53,788 nt of DNA from a virus (Duplodnaviria; Caudoviricetes). A model generated the notes under the pieces. The model was not told where the DNA came from and made no database searches. It saw nothing but the letters and a program-made list of their open reading frames with translations. The position numbers and the translations under genes are program-made. Position 1 is the stretch's first letter. Each line of letters starts with the position of its first letter. The stretch is from IMG/VR virus record IMGVR_UViG_3300027631_000027, positions 1 to 53,788 of that record, one strand, 5' to 3'. Below are positions 47,333-53,788 of the stretch, piece after piece.

Positions 47333-50037
47333 GATTTTTATTGCTTGCTGTATTGAGTTTGTTACTTCCGATTGAGATACTTCAATCACAGTCTGGACAA
47401 ATTGTTGGTAAGATTGTTGACGGTGCAACTGGACAAGGTATTGTAAACGCAGGAATTCAGGTTGTTGGTACCTCAACGGGAACATTATCGGGAATTGATG
47501 GAAGATACCGTGTCAAGGTACCCGCCGGAACAACTACACTACAAGTTCGCATTATTGGATATAGTCCAAAAACAGTTACGGGTATTATGGTTACCGAAAA
47601 CCAGACTATTGAACAAGACATTAGTATGGTATCGGCAAATATTCAATTGTCAGCAGTAAGTGTAACTGCCACAAAAGAAAAAGGAACTATCAATGATGCC
47701 CTAAATCAACAGAAAAATTCCACAAATGTAGTGAATGCAATTACCGCAGAACAAATTGCACGAAGTCCAGATGGTGATGCAGCACAAGCAGCACAACGAA
47801 TTAGCGGTGTTACCGTCCAAGATGGTAAGTATATCCAAGTTCGTGGATTAAGTGAACGGTATACAACGGCATCGTTGAATGGAGTTCGAATGGCAAGTCC
47901 AGAACCAGAGCGTAAAGTCGTTCCGCTTGACTTATTCCCATCAAGTTTACTACAAGATATCAGCACCAGCAAAACATTTACTCCAGACCAACCAGGAGAT
48001 TTTGCCGGTGCAAATGTAAACATACGAACAAAAGAATTTCCTGCTCGTAGACAAGTAAATTACTCCATGTCGATAGGGTCAAACAGTCGGGTATTCAACA
48101 GAGACTTACCATTTGCTCCCCGTGCGGGAGGAGAATTAGTTGGAGTCGTAAATTCTACTAGAGATATTCCATCGGAATTGAGTAATGTGAGTTTTTTAAG
48201 TAATACCACACAACAACAGTTCAATACTGCAATACGTCAACAACGAAATGTCTGGTATCCAACATATCGAAGTGGTGCGTTAAACGGGTCATTTGGTGCA
48301 TCTACTGGCGGAAATCAAATTTTTGGTAAACGAATTGGATATGTGCTGAGTGGGAATTATGGATATTCCGAAGAAACTCGTGCCGACGAACAATATGCGG
48401 TGGGAAATCAAGGAGCAAACAACACCGTCGTACCGCTCACGACTATCAATGGCGCAACGGGACGGGTTGGAGTTCAATGGGGAGGAATTGCAAATTTCTC
48501 AACCATGATTAAACAAAGTTCTAGGGTATCTTTGAACACCACCATTACTCGGAGTGCCGATAATGAAGCACGAGTGGACGGTGGATATGATGAAAATTTG
48601 GCAGATAGTATTAGTCGTACTACATTGCGGTATGTTGAACGCGGTGTCCTTGCTATTACTGGACAAGGTGAACATCAATTGTCATCTCGTAATAAGTCAT
48701 CGTGGTCGTTAACCTACGGAAATACAACCCGCAACGAACCAGACAGGTCTGATTTGGTATATGTTCGAAATCCGATGGGTCAGTATAATTTACTTGGGTC
48801 GTTGGACGGTGCCCGGCGATTGTATTTTAACTTACATGAAACCAATTATGTTGGTCAATTAGACCATACAATAAATGTAGGAGATATAGCATCACAGAAT
48901 GTAATTAAGACGGGTGTATATCTTAGAAAAACTAATCGATTGACCAATGCTCCTATTTATGCATTTATTAGTCGAGCAAATGAAAGTGTTACTACACAAT
49001 CTGCCGATGTAATTTTTGGTAACTCACAAACCTGTCTAACATGCAATCAAGTAAATATTCAACCGATTGGACAAGCAGGATCATATATCGCATCCGACGA
49101 AAATTATGCGGGATATGTAATGTCTGAGTGGAAGATGTCAGATAAAATTCGTATGATTGTAGGTTCACGGATTGAATCTGCTGATATCAAGGTTAGTACA
49201 TCTACACAAGGTGGGTTTACAGCAGATGCACATTTACAAAATGTAGATGTATTACCATCCTTGTTAGTGAATACTAAGTTGTCTGAAACACAAAATTTAC
49301 GATTTGCATTTTCACAAACCGTATCCCGTCCCGAATACCGAGAACTTGCACCAGTAACATTTAGAGATGTATTGGGTGGAGTAAGTGTAACGGGTAATAG
49401 TAAACTGCAACGTGCCCGTGTGAATAACATTGATGTGCGTTATGAAATTTTTCCTACTTCATATGAAATTTTTAGTATTGGAGTATTTTCTAAAAAATTC
49501 AATCGTCCAATTGAACGAGTAGAATCTGCAACGTCTGGAGCATATCAAGCACTATATCAAAATGCAATGTCGGCAACGAACTATGGTATTGAGCTGGAAG
49601 GTAGAAAACAATTATGGACAAGTCCTATTACTGTATTTAGTAATGTAACCGTCATGAAATCGTCGGTACAATTAGATACCACTCAGGGATTAACGGTTAC
49701 CGACACAAAACGGGCATTGGTTGGACAAGCACCATATGTATTAAATTCCGGAATTACCTATTCGTCATTGGATGGAAGAACGAACGCAACAATATTATAT
49801 AACGTTGTCGGGGACCGCATTTTTGCTGCGGGAGTATTGCCATTACCAAACATCATTGAAAAGTCTCGGAAAATGATTGATGTAACTATCAAAACTCCTA
49901 TTAAGCAGAACACATCAATTCGTGTAGATGTTAGAAATCTATTGGATTCACGATATACCTTTACACAAGGAACATTAGAACGTGAAGGATATAATGTGGG
50001 AAGAATGGTGTCGGCGGGAATTTCAATCAATAAATAA
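47329..50037 (+). CDS. TonB-dependent outer-membrane receptor
   Basis: Signal peptide, carboxypeptidase-regulatory-like N domain, plug (RISGVTV, VRGLSERY, VPLDLFP), barrel motifs SRPEYREL, GNSKL, YGIELE, VRNLLD. Confidence 0.95.
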   Translation: MRFLLLAVLSLLLPIEILQSQSGQIVGKIVDGATGQGIVNAGIQVVGTSTGTLSGIDGRYRVKVPAGTTTLQVRIIGYSPKTVTGIMVTENQTIEQDISMVSANIQLSAVSVTATKEKGTINDALNQQKNSTNVVNAITAEQIARSPDGDAAQAAQRISGVTVQDGKYIQVRGLSERYTTASLNGVRMASPEPERKVVPLDLFPSSLLQDISTSKTFTPDQPGDFAGANVNIRTKEFPARRQVNYSMSIGSNSRVFNRDLPFAPRAGGELVGVVNSTRDIPSELSNVSFLSNTTQQQFNTAIRQQRNVWYPTYRSGALNGSFGASTGGNQIFGKRIGYVLSGNYGYSEETRADEQYAVGNQGANNTVVPLTTINGATGRVGVQWGGIANFSTMIKQSSRVSLNTTITRSADNEARVDGGYDENLADSISRTTLRYVERGVLAITGQGEHQLSSRNKSSWSLTYGNTTRNEPDRSDLVYVRNPMGQYNLLGSLDGARRLYFNLHETNYVGQLDHTINVGDIASQNVIKTGVYLRKTNRLTNAPIYAFISRANESVTTQSADVIFGNSQTCLTCNQVNIQPIGQAGSYIASDENYAGYVMSEWKMSDKIRMIVGSRIESADIKVSTSTQGGFTADAHLQNVDVLPSLLVNTKLSETQNLRFAFSQTVSRPEYRELAPVTFRDVLGGVSVTGNSKLQRARVNNIDVRYEIFPTSYEIFSIGVFSKKFNRPIERVESATSGAYQALYQNAMSATNYGIELEGRKQLWTSPITVFSNVTVMKSSVQLDTTQGLTVTDTKRALVGQAPYVLNSGITYSSLDGRTNATILYNVVGDRIFAAGVLPLPNIIEKSRKMIDVTIKTPIKQNTSIRVDVRNLLDSRYTFTQGTLEREGYNVGRMVSAGISINK

Positions 50038-50084
50038 TATCACCACTATTTATTACTGGTCATCCCATACTCCAGAGAACTTCA

Positions 50085-51152
50085 ATGTCACACTTTAAAA
50101 AACCTCGCGTATTATTTGTTCTTAAACTACGACATCAATCGGGCGGTGAATCTACCGTATTAAAGCATTCGGGGTTATTTAATTCGGCAACGTTTGTAAA
50201 AGATATGTTGTGTGAAAATGGATATGTGGCAGACTTAGTGCAAGTGGTGGACAATAATCAAATTGACGCACAGGTAAAAAAACACAATCCCGACATTGTT
50301 ATTATTGAAGCATTGTGGGTTGTACCGGAAAAATTTGATGTGTTACGGAAGTTATATCCAAAAGTAAAATGGATTGTACGACTACATAGTGAATTACCAT
50401 TTTTAGCCAATGAAGGTATTGCATTAGAATGGATTAATAAATATTTGCATATGAAGAATGTATATATTTCTGCAAATTCTGATTTTGCACAACGTGATTT
50501 GGAAAATTACTTCAGCGCATCCATGTACCCAGACTTATATCGCAAGATTATATTTTTACCGAATTATTATCCAGTAAAACAAGTAAAAATCTCATTACAA
50601 AAGGTTTGGAAAGCCGGTGGTACTATTAATGTAGGATGTTTTGGGGCAATTCGTCCGATGAAAAATCATTTAGTACAAGCCGCAGCGGCAGTAGAATTTG
50701 CAGAACAGCGTGGATTAATATGTAAATTTCACATTAATTCTGGTCGGGTTGAGGGTAAGGGGGATACGGTATTAAAAAACCTTAGAGCGTTTTTTCATGG
50801 ATTGGGTGGCCGCCATGTATTGGTTGAACATGGATGGCTGGATAGAACAGAATTCTTACAACTAGTTCGTCAAATGGATATTGGGTTGCAAGTATCATTG
50901 TCGGAAACCTTTAATATTGTCTCAGCAGATTTTGTAAATGAGGATATTCCTATTGTGACCTCCACTGAAGTAGATTGGATGCCTAAATTCTTCACATCGA
51001 AAGCAACTGATGCACATAAGATTGCTAACGTAATGTCCCGCACATTATTTTATAACCGATATTTTCGTTGGTTGGATTGGCCAAGACAATCATTAAAATC
51101 CTATGTTAATAGAACAGAACGATTGTGGGTTGACAAACTGAATAGACTCTAA
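50085..51152 (+). CDS. glycosyltransferase, GT-B fold (GT4-like)
   Basis: PDIVII, RLHSE, GAIRPMKN, DIGLQVSLSETFNIV...IPIVTS. Confidence 0.75.
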   Translation: MSHFKKPRVLFVLKLRHQSGGESTVLKHSGLFNSATFVKDMLCENGYVADLVQVVDNNQIDAQVKKHNPDIVIIEALWVVPEKFDVLRKLYPKVKWIVRLHSELPFLANEGIALEWINKYLHMKNVYISANSDFAQRDLENYFSASMYPDLYRKIIFLPNYYPVKQVKISLQKVWKAGGTINVGCFGAIRPMKNHLVQAAAAVEFAEQRGLICKFHINSGRVEGKGDTVLKNLRAFFHGLGGRHVLVEHGWLDRTEFLQLVRQMDIGLQVSLSETFNIVSADFVNEDIPIVTSTEVDWMPKFFTSKATDAHKIANVMSRTLFYNRYFRWLDWPRQSLKSYVNRTERLWVDKLNRL

Positions 51153-51158
51153 TATATT
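51130..51158 (+). promoter_or_regulatory. sigma70-type promoter of carbamoyltransferase
   Basis: TTGACA-17 nt-TATATT. Confidence 0.7.
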
Positions 51159-51226
51159 ACTGTATCTACTCTACGCACGGAATTGTATAAATTTAAGTAC
51201 TAAAACATTTTTAATTAAAAGAGGTT

Positions 51227-52756
51227 ATGATGTTACCAAACATATCTGTGTATGGGTCACATAATGCTGGATTTGCGGTGGAACACAACAATAAAATTTT
51301 AGAAGTGGTAGAATTAGAAAGATTTTTAAATATTAAGAATCTTGGATATACTATGTGGGAAGTACCACGGTCGCAAAAATATGTTGTAAAATTAATATTA
51401 GATTATTTTAAACAAAAATATGGATTTGATAGATATGAAAATTGTCTACATCAAGCCGCCCATCCATTTTATCAAGACATACCTGCAAACAATTATATAG
51501 AGTCGAATCACCACGAATCTCATGCGGCAGGCTGTTTTTATCAATCAACATTTACAGAAGCAATTGTCGTTTCGTTTGACGGTGGTGCACCGGACGGGTA
51601 TTTCAATATCTATAAAGTTATACGGGGTCAATCACCGACGCTCATAAAAAAAATTGATTTAGATGTCGGTGGTTCATACATGGCGTTTGGACATTATCTA
51701 GCAGATATTAAGCAAGAACATAAAATGGAATTCATAACATATCCAGGAAAAATTCTCGGATTACAGTCATACGGAATTGCCAATCCCGATTGGTTGCCGC
51801 ATTTTATAAATTATTATTTGGAGGGGAAAAATTATAGTTCATTGCCAGAACTTGGTAGACGCATTGGAGTACCATTTAATCAACGATATACTGGTCAGTT
51901 AGCGTACGACATTGCAGCAACATCGCAGGCAGCATTTGAACAAGTAACCCATCAATTAATTGCCGAAAGTATAGAAGAAAATCCAACTCTTCCAATTTGT
52001 TTAACCGGTGGATGTGCATTAAATATTGTATTTAATACGAAGTTAAAAGAATATTACAATAGACCTGTATTTGTCGGTCCAAGTCCAAGTGACTGTGGAA
52101 TTGTTGTTGGAATGTTAGCTGGGTTAATAAAACCCACCGAACCAATTGATGTTACTTATGCGGGACAAGAAATATTAGACAGTCTTAGACTGCCGGAGTA
52201 CATAGAACAATATAACGCTACATATAAAACTGCGGAAGAATTGTCCACGGAATTGGTGTCTGGAAAAATAGTAGGACTAGTACAAGGAAGAGCAGAACAT
52301 GGACCCAGAGCATTAGGAAATCGTAGTATTATCTGTAATCCATTGATAGCAGATATGAAAGATAAATTGAATCATAAGGTAAAACACCGAGAATGGTATC
52401 GACCGTTTGCCCCAGTAGTACGGTTGGAGGATGTATCTGAATACTTTGAATGGGAAGGAGATTCTAGGTGGATGAGTTTTTGTATAAAAGTAAAGTCTGA
52501 ATATCTGAATGTGATGCCGGCAATTGTACATGTAGACAACACTGCCAGAGTACAGACGGTTACTAGGGAAGAAAATCAATTTTTATATGATTTACTGACC
52601 GAATTCAAAAAAACTACCGGAATCGGTGTTTTATTAAATACATCATTTAACATGGATGGCCGGCCAATTTTATCAACATATGCCGACGCCCTGCATGTAC
52701 TAAATAATACAGAATTAGACGCCGTACATTTAAACGGATTTTATTTTACCAAATAA
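51227..52756 (+). CDS. carbamoyltransferase (NodU/CmcH/TobZ family)
   Basis: HHESHAA, GGCALN, EHGPRALGNRSI, VKHREWYRPFAP, VHVDNTARVQTV, LLNTSFN. Confidence 0.95.
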   Translation: MMLPNISVYGSHNAGFAVEHNNKILEVVELERFLNIKNLGYTMWEVPRSQKYVVKLILDYFKQKYGFDRYENCLHQAAHPFYQDIPANNYIESNHHESHAAGCFYQSTFTEAIVVSFDGGAPDGYFNIYKVIRGQSPTLIKKIDLDVGGSYMAFGHYLADIKQEHKMEFITYPGKILGLQSYGIANPDWLPHFINYYLEGKNYSSLPELGRRIGVPFNQRYTGQLAYDIAATSQAAFEQVTHQLIAESIEENPTLPICLTGGCALNIVFNTKLKEYYNRPVFVGPSPSDCGIVVGMLAGLIKPTEPIDVTYAGQEILDSLRLPEYIEQYNATYKTAEELSTELVSGKIVGLVQGRAEHGPRALGNRSIICNPLIADMKDKLNHKVKHREWYRPFAPVVRLEDVSEYFEWEGDSRWMSFCIKVKSEYLNVMPAIVHVDNTARVQTVTREENQFLYDLLTEFKKTTGIGVLLNTSFNMDGRPILSTYADALHVLNNTELDAVHLNGFYFTK

Positions 52757-52781
52757 ACAAATATATTAATAAGAGGTTATT

Positions 52782-53042
52782 ATGTTACCAACTATGAATG
52801 CAAATGACAAACTGAAACTGATGGGTGCAATTAAGGATATGAGTACGTCCCTTACTCGTATGGACGCAGAACGTGACCTTCAAAAGAATATTAAAAACGA
52901 TATTTGTAAGGAATTGGACTTGAATAAGAAGGTATTCACGAAACTTGCCAAGACCTATCACAAGCAGAATTTTAGTGAAGAAGTGGCATTGCACGAAGAA
53001 TATGAGACTTTATACGAAAATGTCACGAAATCGTCGGTGTAA
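52782..53042 (+). CDS. dsbA: T4-like double-stranded DNA binding protein DsbA
   Basis: AIKDMSTSLTRMDAERDL...KLAKTYHKQNFSEE...ETLYE. Confidence 0.75.
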   Translation: MLPTMNANDKLKLMGAIKDMSTSLTRMDAERDLQKNIKNDICKELDLNKKVFTKLAKTYHKQNFSEEVALHEEYETLYENVTKSSV

Positions 53043-53083
53043 TTGAATAAGTATTCATAATTAATGAATGTTTAATTCCCCAC

Positions 53084-53112
53084 TTGACAAGTATCAGGTG
53101 GGGAATTATAAT
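53084..53112 (+). promoter_or_regulatory. consensus sigma70 promoter of tRNA cluster, inside an inverted repeat
   Basis: TTGACA-17 nt-TATAAT. Confidence 0.85.
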
Positions 53113-53120
53113 TAAGGTAA

Positions 53121-53193
53121 GTCTTCATGGTGAAATTGGCTATCACACCGAACTCCAAATCCGGTTTTCTAGGTTCAAATCCTAGTGGAGGCG
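53121..53193 (+). tRNA. trnW: tRNA-Trp(CCA)
   Basis: GTCTTCA/TGGAGGC acceptor, loop CTCCAAA, G73. Confidence 0.85.
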
Positions 53194-53208
53194 TAAAAAT
53201 TGTTGTAC

Positions 53209-53295
53209 GGGAGTGCTGCTCTGATGGCGGAAGGGCATTGGACTGTAAATCCAACACTTAAAGAAACGCAGAAAGTTCGAATCTTTCCACTCCCA
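53209..53295 (+). tRNA. trnY: tRNA-Tyr(GTA)
   Basis: GGGAGTG/CACTCCC acceptor, TTGGA-CTGTAAA-TCCAA, long variable region, A73. Confidence 0.88.
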
Positions 53296-53298
53296 TAT

Positions 53299-53372
53299 CC
53301 GCGTTAGGTGTAAGTGGTGTGCATGTCTGTCTGATAAACAGAAGGTACCAGGTTCAACTCCTGGAACGCGGA
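53299..53372 (+). tRNA. trnI: tRNA-Ile(GAT)
   Basis: CCGCGTT/AACGCGG acceptor, TCTGT-CTGATAA-ACAGA, CCAGG-TTCAACT-CCTGG. Confidence 0.88.
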
Positions 53373-53378
53373 CTTATT

Positions 53379-53450
53379 GCCTTGATGGTGTAATGGATAG
53401 CACAATAGTCTTCGGAACTATTTGTGGGGGTTCGAATCCCTCTCGGGGCA
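53379..53450 (+). tRNA. trnR: tRNA-Arg(TCG)
   Basis: GCCTTGA/TCGGGGC acceptor, ATAGT-CTTCGGA-ACTAT, A20 in D loop. Confidence 0.88.
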
Positions 53451-53481
53451 TGTTTAATTAGTTGTTTGGTTATATTTATAT

Positions 53482-53525
53482 AAAAGGTTCTGTGTACTCG
53501 TAAAAGAGTATATAGAACCTTTTTT
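53482..53525 (+). terminator. intrinsic terminator after tRNA cluster
   Basis: AAAAGGTTCTGTGTACTC-GTAAAA-GAGTATATAGAACCTTTTTT. Confidence 0.8.
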
Positions 53526-53555
53526 GTTTTGTATATCATTTACTGAGATTTCATT

Positions 53556-53788
53556 ATGTCAGATGAAGAATCTACAAAAACCAAAAGTGATTTAATTGAA
53601 AAACTTACGTTTGCCGCATTACCAATTTTACTATCGTGTGTAACATATCTCTGGTCCGCGTTTGCAGATATGACACAAAAAATTACGATACTAGAAAGTA
53701 AAGTATCCGTGGTGGTAACCCCAGAAAACAAACCAATTCCATCAGAAGGTACAACGGTGGCAATGGAACAAATTCGGGCAGAAGCAGC
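53556..53788 (+). CDS. membrane-anchored hypothetical protein (3' end outside window)
   Basis: Manual translation MSDEESTKTKSDLIEKLTFAALPILLSCVTYLWSAF...; open to edge. Confidence 0.65.
   Translation, partial: MSDEESTKTKSDLIEKLTFAALPILLSCVTYLWSAFADMTQKITILESKVSVVVTPENKPIPSEGTTVAMEQIRAEA

Noticed and set aside
43883-53731. Minus-strand ORFs in the right block, including 53072-53257 and 53354-53539
   Set aside because: Antisense to real genes or to tRNAs
1-53788. Stop-codon reassignment as in some large phages
   Set aside because: Genes are full length and densely packed under the standard code, TAG and TGA both end genes, and no suppressor tRNA is present

Overview
The window looks like part of a large, T4-like myovirus genome with no cellular housekeeping context. 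It has two convergent-free blocks split at back-to-back sigma70 promoters near 43.8 kb. The minus-strand block (1-43.7 kb) holds Ser/Thr/Ala-repeat tail-fibre genes, a Mre11-Rad50 (SbcD-SbcC) fusion, a primase, an HNH nuclease and baseplate genes (gp6-, gp25-, gp5-like). It also holds a gp55-like sigma factor, a lysozyme-like enzyme, a GT2 glycosyltransferase, UvsE, Hsp20, an HD hydrolase, a tmRNA and GreA. The plus-strand block (43.8-53.8 kb) is an accessory region: HEXXH protein, heme oxygenase, ferredoxin-dependent bilin reductase, acyl-CoA thioesterase, tRNA-Cys, a full TonB-dependent receptor, a GT-B glycosyltransferase, a carbamoyltransferase, T4-type DsbA and four more tRNAs. The best leads are: (1) a coupled heme oxygenase / bilin reductase / thioesterase operon with non-canonical active sites, followed by a phage-borne TonB receptor; (2) an unannotated 22-aa CxxCxxCxxxC micropeptide whose stop codon lies in a hairpin carrying an 11-nt match to the 16S rRNA 3' end; (3) a tRNA-Cys with a long class-II variable arm; (4) a strand-polarised TAYTTAT motif that may be the late promoter. 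All calls come from motif reading by eye; no searches were run.
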